Part shown: piece by piece, positions 21,699 to 32,580 of the stretch
How the letters are laid out: the number at the start of each line of letters is the position of its first letter
Position numbering within the stretch: the stretch's first letter is position 1
NCBI GenBank assembly: GCA_963701095.1
Contig: OY969564.1
Span: 1,504,001-1,568,000, forward strand
Direction of reading: 5' to 3'
DNA from: an uncultured Methanoregulaceae archaeon
GTDB taxonomy: Archaea > Halobacteriota > Methanomicrobia > Methanomicrobiales > Methanospirillaceae
Length of the DNA stretch: 64,000 nt
Translations under genes and position numbers: made by a program
Notes under the pieces: model-generated
Seen by the model: only the letters and a program-made list of their open reading frames with translations
What the model was told of the DNA's origin: nothing
Databases searched by the model: none

Positions 21699-22208
21699 AT
21701 GAAATCCGGATTTATTGTAATTCTTGTTTTGGGACTCTGTGTTGTAGCCGGTATAGTTATTGCCGGTTGTACCCAGCCGTCTTCAATTGCACCGACACCA
21801 ACAACCACGGCGGCAACACCAACAACTTTAGCCGGCATGGCAAACCCGGCCTCAGTCCATTGCGGTAATATCGGGGGTACTACCCTGATCATGACAAATC
21901 CTGACGGCTCCCAGTACGGCATGTGCACATTCTCGAATGGAACCTCATGCGAGGAATGGGCTCTCTTCCGTGGCGAAGGCTGCCAGCCAGGTTTGTCACC
22001 AAATCAGACCGGCAACAGCTCAGCTGCAGGCCAGGCAGGAATGGCAAATCCGGCGTCGGTCAACTGTATCAATGTCGGCGGAACTCTTGAAATTAAAAAC
22101 AGTCCTGCTGGACAATATGGCATGTGCAATTTCGCGAACGGAACATCCTGCGAAGAATGGGCACTCTTCCGCGGCGAAGGCTGCAAAGCTGCAAATGTTT
22201 CAGCCTAA
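21699..22208 (+). CDS. Lipoprotein with two tandem DUF333 domains
   Basis: Lipobox IAGC and Thr-rich linker; two MANPASVxC...GMC.F.NGTSCEEWALFRGEGC repeats. Confidence 0.85.
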   Translation: MKSGFIVILVLGLCVVAGIVIAGCTQPSSIAPTPTTTAATPTTLAGMANPASVHCGNIGGTTLIMTNPDGSQYGMCTFSNGTSCEEWALFRGEGCQPGLSPNQTGNSSAAGQAGMANPASVNCINVGGTLEIKNSPAGQYGMCNFANGTSCEEWALFRGEGCKAANVSA

Positions 22209-22310
22209 CATTTTTTACCAATTCGATGCCCGTGAGGCACTCTTGAGAAAGTAAGCCTCCTTAGGTCAGGACGATAAATTATACCCGTTAAGCCGGCAAA
22301 CAACATCATC

Positions 22311-23647
22311 ATGCAAACTGATGTCCCCCGGATAGTAATCGCGGGTACCCACAGCGGCTGCGGTAAAACCACGATCTCCAGCGGGCTGATGTCTGCTCTC
22401 GTAGCCCATGGTCTCGAGGTTCAGCCATTTAAATCCGGGCCCGATTTCATTGATCCTTCACACCATACTCTTATCTGCGGCAGAACTTCCCGGAACCTCG
22501 ACCCCTGTATGATGGGAGAGGCAGGAATCCTCCGGACATTTGCTGATGCAACAGCGGGTGCCGATATTGCGATAGTTGAAGGAGCGATGGGAATGTTTGA
22601 CGGGTCAGGAGGAACTGACGTCGCAAGTGCTGCTCACGTAGCCCGGATCCTGAAAGCACCAATTATCCTAGTCGTTGATGCACACGCGGTTTCGCGCAGT
22701 ATCCACGCCGTGATCAGAGGATTTAAGGAATTCGATCCGCGTGTCCAGCTCGCCGGCATTATCTACAACCGCATTGGCAGCGAACGACACCGGGAGATGA
22801 TTGCACGGGAGGAGGTAGTACCGGCGGTAGGTTGGGTCACCCGAGTCGAAGAATACGAAGTAAAAAGCCGGCATCTCGGTCTCATGATGGCACACGAATC
22901 CCACGGAATGAAGGATTTTGGGCGTGTAATACAGGAATCGTGTGATATTGAACAGATACTTACTGTGGCAGCAACTGCACAGCCGCTTACCGTTCCACAA
23001 GCCACTGCACCGGGATCTCACTCAGCTCACCCCCGGCCGATCATAGGTGTTGCACATGACAATGCCTTTTGTTTCTATTATCAGGACAATATCGACCGGC
23101 TTAGTCGGGCCGGATCTGAATCCGGTATTTCTCACCTTTGGACGACGCACAGCCGGAAATGGACGCCGTTTATATCGGCGGCGGATATCCCGAACTATAC
23201 GGATCTGCTCTCGAACGTTCGAAATTCAGGAAGTATCTCCGCGAAAAGGTAATGGAGGGTATACCTGTCTATGGAGAATGTGGAGGCCTCATGTATCTCT
23301 GCAAATCCATTGAGACCGATAAAACCTACACAATGCTGGATGTGTTGCCGGCCCAGACGATCATGACGAAAAAACTTCAAACATTAGGATATGTAAGGGG
23401 TAGATTCAGCACGAGGTCTCTTTGGACAGGTGCAGTAGCCGTCAGGGGTCACGAGTTTCATTATTCGCGAGTGGAGTGCGAGCCTGAATGTCGTTTTGCA
23501 TTGAGACTCGATCAGGGGACCGGTATTGTCGAGGGAAACGACGGATTGACAGAATATTCAACCATCGGCGCCTATACCCATGCATATTTTACCGATGCGT
23601 TCTGCCGGCATTTTGTTGCTGCGGCAAAAGCTTTTTCACGACGATAG
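22311..23647 (+). CDS. cbiA: Cobyrinate a,c-diamide synthase family (CbiA/CfbB); frameshift at ~23120
   Basis: GTHSGCGKTT, GPDFIDP, SRHLGL and AFCFYY, then GGGYPE, GECGG and GHEFHYS in the second frame. Confidence 0.88.
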
Positions 23648-23773
23648 ACACAAAGAAAACCCCTATATCACGTAAGAGACCCCCTGCTCATTTGTGTCCT
23701 GCAGATCTCAAATGAGATAACGAGCGGAAAATAAGTATACGATCAGCATGCGACTATTCGTACACTGATAGCA

Positions 23774-24208
23774 ATGATCGCGAAACCCCATGTACTTTTT
23801 ATCTGTACCGCGAATGCAGCTCGATCTCAGATGGCGGAGGGTTATCTCAAAGCAAAGTACTGTGATCGTTACGAGGTTTTCTCGGCAGGTTTCCGCCCCG
23901 CAGGACAAGTAAGTTCGCGTGCGATCCAGGTAATGAAGGAGATTGGAATCGACATTTCGGGTCGCCGGCCAAAATCAATCGATACGTTTAACGGTGTACC
24001 TCTTGATCTTGCCGTTACCCTCTGCGACAACGCAAGAGCCGTCTGCCCGGTCGTCCTCTCAGCAAAAAAAACGATCCATCATGGATTTCCCGATCCCCAT
24101 CTTACGCCAGGCACAGATACAGAAATTCTCGAAGGTTACCGGAGTGTGCGGGATGCTATCTGCATTTGGATCGATGAAACATTTAGCAAGGGTTTGCCGT
24201 ATAAGTGA
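23774..24208 (+). CDS. arsC: Arsenate reductase / LMW phosphatase family
   Basis: CTANAARSQMAEG P-loop, LCD..CP and FPDP. Confidence 0.88.
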   Translation: MIAKPHVLFICTANAARSQMAEGYLKAKYCDRYEVFSAGFRPAGQVSSRAIQVMKEIGIDISGRRPKSIDTFNGVPLDLAVTLCDNARAVCPVVLSAKKTIHHGFPDPHLTPGTDTEILEGYRSVRDAICIWIDETFSKGLPYK

Positions 24209-24302
24209 CAGTAAACTCACCTATTTTTTCAGAACTGTCATATTCGTACAAAAAGTTCATGATCCCCTGCCGCTACCATTCAAGTAACAACTGTGGCCTG
24301 AA

Positions 24303-24643
24303 ATGACCGGACAGAAAAAAAGCGGGTTAATATCTAAGCAGACTCTCTCGCATTCCATGAGAAATACCGTGGAAAAATTGAGGTCCACTCAAAAGTCAGG
24401 TTGAAAAACCGGCGGGATCTCTCTTTTGCCTTCCCGGGAATATTCCGGGATGCTTTAGACGTGTACGCGACCCGGATATCTGGTGAGATGAAGATCGCTG
24501 CGGCACACGCACTTGCCGGGTATGTGAAGTGTCCCCGTCGGGAATGTATCCTGCCCCGGCTCCTTAACCGGAATGTAGTGAAAGCTGTTGCGGGTGCCGT
24601 TCGTGAAGCGACAATTAAAAGCAGTTGTGCCCGAGAATTTTAG
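24303..24643 (+). pseudogene. Malic enzyme remnant with a large internal deletion
   Basis: N-terminal FHEKYRGKIEVHSKV..RRDLS fused directly to C-terminal AFPGIFR.ALDV.ATRI..EMKIAAA; in-frame TAA at 24335. Confidence 0.8.
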
Positions 24644-24655
24644 GACTTGTCAGAG

Positions 24656-25492
24656 TCATTTTAATTCGGGCCTAAGTACGCGGCATACCTGTTCCATGAG
24701 TGCATGGTGGCGCCTGAGATCTGAGCAGTATGTGCCGCTGCGATCGCTTTTTTCAACCGGTTCCCAGGTAATGCCGCAGTCTGTATTCCAAAGCACCAGC
24801 CCTTCCGCAGGGGCCGGCTCAATTGGCCGGCTTGCCATCTCATTGAGCAGTAACAGAATTCCTTCTACATCCAATTCGCCAATACCAACGGAATAAACAG
24901 CAGTTGCCATACATCGTACCTGGTGCCAGAGGAAACTTTCAGCGCAAACCTCGAGAAACACAAAGTGCCCTTCATTTCCGATTTGGATATTAAGGATCTT
25001 CCGCCAAGGATTCTTCTGGCCTACCCGGGCAAAGTTCGAGAAGTTATGCTCGCCAATGAATATACGGGCTGCTTTTTCCATCGCTGGTAAATCGGGGATC
25101 CGTCCAGAAAAATAATACCGGTACGTGCGTGACCGGGCATCATACCGGGGATGAAAGGTATCAGGAACCTCAGCCGTTGCTGTACACCAGATATCGGGAG
25201 GAAGCTGGTTATTAAGTGCCCGGCGTGCGCGATCCGGAAATTGCGTGGAAAAGGTAACAACCTGGCCACAGGCATGCACCCCCCGATCGGTTCTTCCCGC
25301 AGAACAGAAACCTGCAGTCCGCCAGTCAGAAAAAAGGTCGAGGCGGCGGCAGGCGGCAATACATTCGCCTTCAATTGTACGGCTGGACTCCTGCTGCTGC
25401 GAGCCGTAGAACCGCGTCCCCAGGTACGAGAGCCGGCATGCAAGTCTTACCGGACGCGGAACCGTCGGGTTAACCTCTTGATTTTTCTCCAT
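24656..25492 (-). CDS. truA: tRNA pseudouridine(38-40) synthase
   Basis: AGRTDRGVHA, FHPRYDA..RTYRY and FLWHQVR. Confidence 0.95.
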   Translation of the reverse strand: MEKNQEVNPTVPRPVRLACRLSYLGTRFYGSQQQESSRTIEGECIAACRRLDLFSDWRTAGFCSAGRTDRGVHACGQVVTFSTQFPDRARRALNNQLPPDIWCTATAEVPDTFHPRYDARSRTYRYYFSGRIPDLPAMEKAARIFIGEHNFSNFARVGQKNPWRKILNIQIGNEGHFVFLEVCAESFLWHQVRCMATAVYSVGIGELDVEGILLLLNEMASRPIEPAPAEGLVLWNTDCGITWEPVEKSDRSGTYCSDLRRHHALMEQVCRVLRPELK

Positions 25493-26124
25493 GTGTTGTT
25501 CAATGACTGGCGGGTATAAGTTCGAAGAGGTGTTTTCTTCCCGCCATAAGATACATTCCCCTTCCGGATTGCATCAAAGATTGCCTGCATATCCGGCTCA
25601 GCCTCAATAAACGTTCTTCCATAACCCACGAATCGTGCATTGTGTGCATCGCTTCCCCCGACACAGGGTTTATGAAGCCGTGCCGCTATCCGGCCGGCCT
25701 TTTGGTTTGCAGAACCAACAATGTATCGGCTGTTGAAGGCTTCGACTGCATCCACAATACTCATCGCCGCCCGGATCCTACGGGCTACGCCGTGCCGCCA
25801 CAGATGGTAAGGATGGGGAAGAATAACCAGTGCCCCCATACGATGGGCAATCCTAACGGTTTCCCGCACATCAAGCCCTGCGGGGATAATCTCGGTGACC
25901 CCAAGCACAATCAGGTGCCCCTGCCTTGTCGAGACCTCAATGCCGGGAATAACAAGGATGGTGCTATTGAACGCAAGTGCCTTTTTTGCCCCGTCAACAC
26001 AGTCATGATCGGTGATTGCGATCACGTCGAGACCGACTGTCTCTGCCTGACGAAGGATATCTTCGACACTGCTCTCGCCATCCTTGGAAAAATTTGTATG
26101 TACATGAAGGTCGCAGGTCAGCAT
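25447..26124 (-). CDS. PHP-domain metallophosphoesterase
   Basis: DLHVHT, ITDHD, GIEVS, HPY and GGSDAH. Confidence 0.92.
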   Translation of the reverse strand: MLTCDLHVHTNFSKDGESSVEDILRQAETVGLDVIAITDHDCVDGAKKALAFNSTILVIPGIEVSTRQGHLIVLGVTEIIPAGLDVRETVRIAHRMGALVILPHPYHLWRHGVARRIRAAMSIVDAVEAFNSRYIVGSANQKAGRIAARLHKPCVGGSDAHNARFVGYGRTFIEAEPDMQAIFDAIRKGNVSYGGKKTPLRTYTRQSLNNTWRKIKRLTRRFRVR

Positions 26125-26165
26125 CTGATCATAGTATTTTTATCTCTCTGGTATTAAGAAAACGT

Positions 26166-27579
26166 ATGCGAATCCTCCTGCCTACTGGCGTCGCAACTGA
26201 AGAGATTGTGCGCCGTGCGGCGGCAGGATTCGACGCTGATGTGGTAATAACCGGAAAAGTCGCATCCTTTCTTACCCCGCATGCACTCCACACCCTTATT
26301 AAAAACGGCTCTTATGATGCCGTAGTGGTCTCCGGAATGTGCACAGTTTCTTTTGCGCAAGTGGAACAGGAGACCGGGATTCCCATTTACCTGGGCACCC
26401 GGCACGCCGCAGACCTCGCATGGGTCCTTCCCCTGGTAAAAACCGGCTCGCTCTCGCGTACCGTTCCTGCCGATGATTTCCTTGCCACAAAAAATGCAAA
26501 AGATGCGATTCACCGGGTCACAGCAGCGGAAGAGGAGGCAGAGCCGGAATTTGTGATCCGGGGTTTGAAGATTGGCGGAAATTCCCGAATGAAAGTGCTC
26601 GCTGAAATCATGGATGCCCCCCATGTTGAGGATATCCGTGCGCGTACAGAACATTATTTCCTTGAAGGGGCAGATATCGTTGACATCGGTTTTGGCTTCG
26701 ATGCAACACCAGAAGACGTTGAACGAATCTTTGGCGATCTTGCCGATATCGATCGCCCCCTTGCTGTGGACACGCAGGACCCTGTGCTGATCCGGGCGGC
26801 ACTCTTCCGGGCTGACCTTGTACTCTCATTGCAAGAAAAAAACATCCCGCATATAGCCCGAGAAATAGCTGACAGCTGGTTCAGCCGCAGTAGTTGTACC
26901 GGGCGTGCAATCACTCAAAGCTAACATCACCCGGGCCCGGCGTGCCGGAATATGTTGTATCATCGCAGATCCACTTCTCCAGCCGGTAGGATCGGGACTT
27001 GTTGCTTCCCTTGCACAGTTCGGGAATTATGGCATTCCCCTTTTCTTTGGCGCAGGAAACGTCACTGAGCTGCTTGACGCAGATTCGATTGGGATAAATG
27101 CATTGCTTGCCGGGATGGCACAGGAAGCAGGTGCTTCGATCATTTTCACGAGCGAACACTCAGATAAAACCCGGGGATCAGTACGGGAGATGCGGAGGGC
27201 GACGGAAATGATGGTTCTTGCCCGGGACCGACCGTACGCAAAGGATCTCGGGATAGATCTGCTCGTACTCAAAGAAAAACGGCGCCGTCGCGAACCACCG
27301 CTCGAATATGAAACCGCCGTCATAGCTCAAGAGATGCAAGATGTAGTTACCTACGACTCAAAAGGGAATTTCCGGATTGGTATTGAGGACGGCAGAATCG
27401 TTGCGGTGATCAACGGGAAAGCGATAAAGGGAACCCGCTGGCAGGACGTACTCTATACAATTATTGCCGGGGGAAATGTCTCGCTTCTCGACCATGCAGG
27501 ATATCTCGGCCGGGAACTCTATAAAGCAGAACTTGCCATCCGGTATGGCAGGAGTTTCGAACAGGACGGGGAGTTTTAA
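26166..27579 (+). CDS. Dihydropteroate synthase-like methanogen protein (frameshift at ~26872)
   Basis: KVLAEIMDA, GADIVDIG, VDT, GNVTELLDADS.G and C-terminal HAGYLGRELYKAE. Confidence 0.85.
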
Positions 27580-27661
27580 GAGGGGTGTTTTCCTGAAGCT
27601 GCAGGAAAAATCTCTGGAAGAGGTCTTAACCCTTTTATCAGAAAAAACCACAATCATATAT

Positions 27662-27943
27662 ATGACTACACAGACCCGCGCATCCCATATTCTTGTGTCA
27701 AACGAAGAAGATGCAAACAAGATCCTGAAAAGGATTAAGGACGGCGAAGATTTCGCCGCGGTAGCAAAACGATTTTCTTCCTGCCCCTCGCGAAAGAACG
27801 GAGGAGACCTGGGGTGGTTTGGCAAGGGACAGATGGTTCCCGAGTTCGAGCAAGCCGCTTTTCCCGCGGATCAGGGTGCCGTTATTGGACCGGTCAAGAC
27901 CCAGTTCGGGTTTCATATTATCAAAGTAACCGGTAAGAAATAA
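27662..27943 (+). CDS. ppiC: Parvulin-type peptidyl-prolyl isomerase
   Basis: ASHILV, SSCPS..GGDLG, MVPEFE and TQFGFHII. Confidence 0.93.
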   Translation: MTTQTRASHILVSNEEDANKILKRIKDGEDFAAVAKRFSSCPSRKNGGDLGWFGKGQMVPEFEQAAFPADQGAVIGPVKTQFGFHIIKVTGKK

Positions 27944-28068
27944 ACCGGTCCGTCCGGTTAAGGGATGAATCAGGAACCTCATTGTTGGGGTATTTTGCGA
28001 TTCATTTTTTGCATACCAGAGCGAATGGATCCGTACAAGCGACAATAACGCTTTTTTCGTGTGCTATC

Positions 28069-28440
28069 ATGACTATCCGCGGGATCAAAAAGGACCTTCT
28101 CTTATTACTTCTCGAGCTGGGAAAAAACAGCCACCCCAACGAGTTCGCTGCACTTTTAAAAGAGGACGCTGGGGTAATAAGCGAGCTTAATCTCCTTCCC
28201 GGCACCATTACCGGAAGTTCATCCGCCTCAATCTTCTTTGATATGATGCCCCTTGGAACTCATCGTGCAGGAAGTGCCCATTCTCACCCGAATGGGGTGC
28301 TCAGGCCATCCAACGCTGATATAAACTTTTTTCCCCGGGCAGGAAAGTTCCATATTATCATTGGCGCCCCGTACCGTGAGAACGACTGGAAATGTTTTAC
28401 CGCAGATGGAGAACCATGCGATCTCGAAGTGATCCCATGA
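28069..28440 (+). CDS. JAMM/MPN+ metalloprotease
   Basis: N-terminal E (PNEF) and HSHP-x-S-xx-D (HSHPNGVLRPSNAD). Confidence 0.88.
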   Translation: MTIRGIKKDLLLLLLELGKNSHPNEFAALLKEDAGVISELNLLPGTITGSSSASIFFDMMPLGTHRAGSAHSHPNGVLRPSNADINFFPRAGKFHIIIGAPYRENDWKCFTADGEPCDLEVIP

Positions 28441-28882
28441 CGGTCCGACGTGTTGTTGCCACCGGAACATTCGACATCCTTCACCCGGGACACATATTCT
28501 ACCTTCAGGAGTCAAAGAAACTGGGAGACGAGCTCTTCGTCATTGTTGCACGGGATGAAAACGTAAAGCATAAACCCCACCCGATCCTCCCGGAAGAGCA
28601 GCGCCTGGCGATGATCGCCGCCCTTAAGCCCGTGGATCACGCAATTCTTGGCGATCATACCGATATGTTCCGTCCTATCAAGGAGATCCGACCCGACATC
28701 ATCACAATCGGGTTCAACCAGTATTTTGATGAGGGAAAACTAAAGAAGAGCTTTCTGACAGGGATCTCCATGCCAAGGTGGTACGGATAGGGAAATATGC
28801 AGACGGCGATCTTGCAAGCTCGCGCCTGATTGTCGAGCGTATTATTGAAGCGCGAGGCCTTGGAAATCAACGGACAGGATAA
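28437..28882 (+). CDS. ribL: FAD synthase (frameshift at ~28745)
   Basis: GTFDILHPGH and VIVARD; shifted frame gives VVRIG...LASSRLIVERI to TAA at 28880. Confidence 0.9.
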
Positions 28883-29575
28883 AAGGGGCAATCTATTGTC
28901 CTGCATTCTTTGTTCATATCATAAAACCTGCAGGTAACTGTAGGAGAAAGCGGGATCGTCACTCCCAGATGTTCCCGTAAAAATGTAACGGCACCCTGAA
29001 TCGCAAGGAACGTGTTGCGTTTGCAGCAGCGAGGGCCGCCGTGAAGGGCGATTGTTTCAAGACTTTTTGCTACAACAAGGTTAGACTGCTGCCATTCCCG
29101 GTGCGAAAGCGGTGTCGCGCCGGTTACAAGCGAGATAAAGATGCCGGTACCGACCGCTGCACCACAGTCTCCCATAAAACCACAGGCACCGCCCCGGATC
29201 ATCCCTGCTCGTTCCCGTGCAGTTGCGATTAGTCTGGCCTTTTGATCCGGCTGCCCGGTAACATTACAGTAAGCAGCAAGGAGTACTGCAGGCACGAGGA
29301 AATGGTGCTCAGGACCGTGCATATTTACAACCGGATTCTGCATCAGGGTAATTGCCATCAGGATAGGATCGGTCTCTTTTGTCCGGATACAGGACCTGTT
29401 CAATTGCATCATCGGCACCAAGACTGTGGCATCTGTCGCAGACAAAGTGCCCGTCATCGCACAGGGCATTGGTCACCTGCACCCTGTGGCAGTACGAGCA
29501 CTCATGTTGCTCGGGTAACTCAAGATACCTGAGTGGCTTTCCGCAGACCATACAGCCGGTACGAAAATGAGCCAT
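28867..29575 (-). CDS. Cys-rich DUF5714-like protein (frameshift at ~29393)
   Basis: N-terminal CMVCG..CSYC..C..GHFVCDRCH; then HGPEHH, CGFMGDCG, GGPRCCKR and C-terminal C..N.EC...CPF. Confidence 0.75.
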
Positions 29576-29656
29576 GGACCTTCCTTATTGTCAAAAAGGG
29601 CACTTAAGCAGGAAAACCTTATCGGTCCTGATGGCTTGGGTTGATTAACAATATCA

Positions 29657-30799
29657 TCAATGGCCTGCATGCACCCGGCGAGGAGGACCATGACGGCGAC
29701 CTTTCCCCGAAAAACTACGAGTAAGCGAGTTGGAATACTTCGCAGCAAACGAACCGACAAGTGACGTAACAATTACCATTACGGCAATGGTTAGGGCTAC
29801 CGGAGGCGAGCCATACAGCGCTGCAAGCGCGATGGAAAACTCACCTCTACCGATTGTGTTTGCCCAGATCTCAAGGCCGGATCTCGCCGATCCATAAAGC
29901 GCGAGTCCGGTAAGTACTCCTGAAATAAGTTTGCTTGCAATTGCAAGGAGACAGATAATCGCAATGACGCCAAAGCTGACGTTGCCGGAGAAGTTGATTG
30001 TTATCCCGAAAAAAACAAAGAAGATCACCATAAACACATCCTTAAACGGCCGGGCATGCTGCTCGAAAGCGTCCGGGTCGGTAGTAGCAAACGCAGCCCC
30101 AAGGGCGATTACCATCAGGGTATCCGGAACACCAAGGGTCAACGCGACTCCAGCAGTCGCGACCACGGCAACAAATGTGAAAAGAACCGGTAGCTCATCA
30201 TCCCGATCGAGTATCGAAACCAGAAATTCCTTACCGTAATGGGCGAGCACATAGATGAGCGCGAGACCGATGAAAATTTCCACAGCAAAGAGAAGAAGAT
30301 TTTCGTTACCGGCCGAGAGGAATGCAAGTACAACGATCAGTACAAGATCCTCAAAAACCATGAGCCAGATGATAGTCTCCGATTCCCGCATCATCAGTTT
30401 CCGGTTCTCGATTAAAGAGGTAACTGTCATCGCGGTACTGGAGCTGTAGAATGCTGCAGCGACAATGAGTGCCTCGACCAGTGAAAAACCAAGGAGGTAG
30501 GCCGCAATAAAGCCAATGAGCATATTTACGTTGAGATCGATAATCCCGCTTGTCAATACTTCAGACTGATTCTCGGATATTTTATCAACTTTAAGGCCCA
30601 AGCCGACGAAAAAGAGTAAAAAAATCAGCCCCATATCAGAAAAGAAACTGCTGATCTGGTCGGATGCAACAATCCCAAGGCCGGCTTGGCCAAGTACTAC
30701 CCCGGCGATAATATAGAACGGGATAGCCGGGATTGAAAGGTACTTACTGACCAGTGCAAGCACAAGGCAGACGAAAAGGGCGATTATGATACCTTCCAT
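29657..30799 (-). CDS. Cation:proton antiporter, CPA2 / KhtU-like
   Basis: About 12 hydrophobic helices, SSSTA, VFEDL and RGEFS. Confidence 0.9.
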   Translation of the reverse strand: MEGIIIALFVCLVLALVSKYLSIPAIPFYIIAGVVLGQAGLGIVASDQISSFFSDMGLIFLLFFVGLGLKVDKISENQSEVLTSGIIDLNVNMLIGFIAAYLLGFSLVEALIVAAAFYSSSTAMTVTSLIENRKLMMRESETIIWLMVFEDLVLIVVLAFLSAGNENLLLFAVEIFIGLALIYVLAHYGKEFLVSILDRDDELPVLFTFVAVVATAGVALTLGVPDTLMVIALGAAFATTDPDAFEQHARPFKDVFMVIFFVFFGITINFSGNVSFGVIAIICLLAIASKLISGVLTGLALYGSARSGLEIWANTIGRGEFSIALAALYGSPPVALTIAVMVIVTSLVGSFAAKYSNSLTRSFSGKGRRHGPPRRVHAGH

Positions 30800-31293
30800 C
30801 AATCCACCATAATCTCACGTTCGAGCAGCCTGAGTTGGTCTGACTCTCCAATTACCAATATTGCATCCCCCTCCTTGAAAACGAATGATGGCGGAGGGTT
30901 GATGATATTCTTATCATTTCTCGAGACCGCAATAACAGTCGTACCGGTCTTTGCACGAATTCGAAGGTCTTCAATCGTTTTCCCTGCGATAGTTTTTGGA
31001 ATTATATAGGAATGGAGGGTAACCCGTAGATCAGCAAGCGCCGAGAACGCCACTTCCACACTTTCCTGATCGGCCTCAATAATTGCCCCGGTCAGGATAT
31101 TCCCGAGCCTCCGTGCTTCTACCGGTGTCATCTCAGCCGCGCTTGGTGTATGGCAGCCTTTCTGGAGTGTGTACATCTGGATAGTCCCGTTTTTTGTGAA
31201 AAATATCGCGACGGTATCGCCCTTGTCGGTCTCAAATTCATATTTAGTTCCGACACCAGGAAGGTTGAGGGATCGAAGAGCCATAGGAGACAT
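30799..31293 (-). CDS. KhtT-like regulatory subunit with RCK_C (TrkA-C) domain
   Basis: LPGVGTKY N-terminus, GKTIEDLRIRAKTGTTVIAV and GD.ILVIG. Confidence 0.88.
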   Translation of the reverse strand: MSPMALRSLNLPGVGTKYEFETDKGDTVAIFFTKNGTIQMYTLQKGCHTPSAAEMTPVEARRLGNILTGAIIEADQESVEVAFSALADLRVTLHSYIIPKTIAGKTIEDLRIRAKTGTTVIAVSRNDKNIINPPPSFVFKEGDAILVIGESDQLRLLEREIMVD

Positions 31294-31692
31294 TAGAGGA
31301 ATGTTCCTAAAATATATTGCTTTTTCGAAGAGAGGGGAATGGTCTTAAAAATTTTAAAAAACAAAAGAGTCATAGCACAAGCAGGCTGAGAGGATCCTGC
31401 TCATGCATCTTACCGGTATTTCATTCAAGGTTTTGTACTGGTTCTGAGAGGATGGGAGGATAATGTCAAACCGGGTAGATTCGCCGGAGATACACTTTTT
31501 TGAGGGTTTTTTCCTCCCTATATCAATGGTTGATCAATGCAGTGTTTAAAACCCCGACCGGGCAGGGCGAAAGTGATGGTCCCCCGAGACTGAAACTAGT
31601 TTAAACAGTGCTCCTTTTTGTTCTCATGATGATAAATAATATTAACTCGCGATTTTCGTTTTCGCGATTATTCCCAGAACAGGAAAGAGGAG

Positions 31693-32580
31693 TTGGTGAT
31701 CATCGCTGAAATCCCAAAAGAAGAATACCTGAAAAAATGCACATCCGCATGCGCGGGATGTAGTTCATCCCTTATTCTGCGCTACGTGTTAAAAGCCGCC
31801 GGTGAGGATACCGTCCTTGTCGTTCCCGCGTGTTGCACCAGTGTCATCCAAGGGATCTACCCCAACACAGCGATGAACATCCCGGTTTATAACGTAGCGT
31901 TTGCAGCAGCAGCCGCATGTGCGTCAGGAATGACCGAAGCATTTCAGGCACTTGGCAAGAATACCCATGTAATTGTGTATGCCGGTGACGGTGGGACTCT
32001 TGATATCGGGATCCAGTCCATGTCAGGTGCCTTTGAACGGGGCACCGATTTTCTGTATATCTGCTACGATAACGAAGCGTATGGGAATACCGGTATGCAG
32101 CGATCGGGTGCAACCCCACTTGGGGCAAAGACCACTACAACGCCGACCGGAAAGACTGTAGAAAAGAAAGATATCGATGCTATTGCAGCTGCCCATCATC
32201 TCGAATATATGGCCACTGCCTGCAGCGCATACCCGCTGGATATCTACAAAAAAGTGGCAAAAGCGCTAACATACCGAGGCCCGACTTTTATCCATATCCT
32301 TGCTCCCTGCCCACCGGGGTGGCGATACCCGACAGAGAAAACAATCGAGATGGGAAAACTCGCGGTTAAATCCGGCATGTGGGTACTTTACGAACGTGAA
32401 CACGGGAAACTCACGATAACAGCACCTTCGAAGGCAGCGATGAAAAAACCTATCCCCCTCGAAGATTACCTCGCCCTCCAGGGCCGGTTCTCGGGCATCG
32501 ATAAAAAATCGCTCGAGATCCTCAAACAGCAGCTCGCGGCAAACCTCAAAAAACTCGCAGCAGAGGAGGCGGAACCATGA
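31693..32580 (+). CDS. porB: 2-oxoacid:ferredoxin oxidoreductase beta subunit (TPP-binding; start uncertain)
   Basis: CAGC, GDGG...DNEAYGNTG.QRS and PCPPGW. Confidence 0.88.
   Translation: MVIIAEIPKEEYLKKCTSACAGCSSSLILRYVLKAAGEDTVLVVPACCTSVIQGIYPNTAMNIPVYNVAFAAAAACASGMTEAFQALGKNTHVIVYAGDGGTLDIGIQSMSGAFERGTDFLYICYDNEAYGNTGMQRSGATPLGAKTTTTPTGKTVEKKDIDAIAAAHHLEYMATACSAYPLDIYKKVAKALTYRGPTFIHILAPCPPGWRYPTEKTIEMGKLAVKSGMWVLYEREHGKLTITAPSKAAMKKPIPLEDYLALQGRFSGIDKKSLEILKQQLAANLKKLAAEEAEP

Noticed and set aside
21834..22185. Duplicated ~150-bp segments as CRISPR or a mobile repeat
   Set aside because: They are the two in-frame DUF333 domains; no regularly spaced repeat-spacer array exists anywhere in the window
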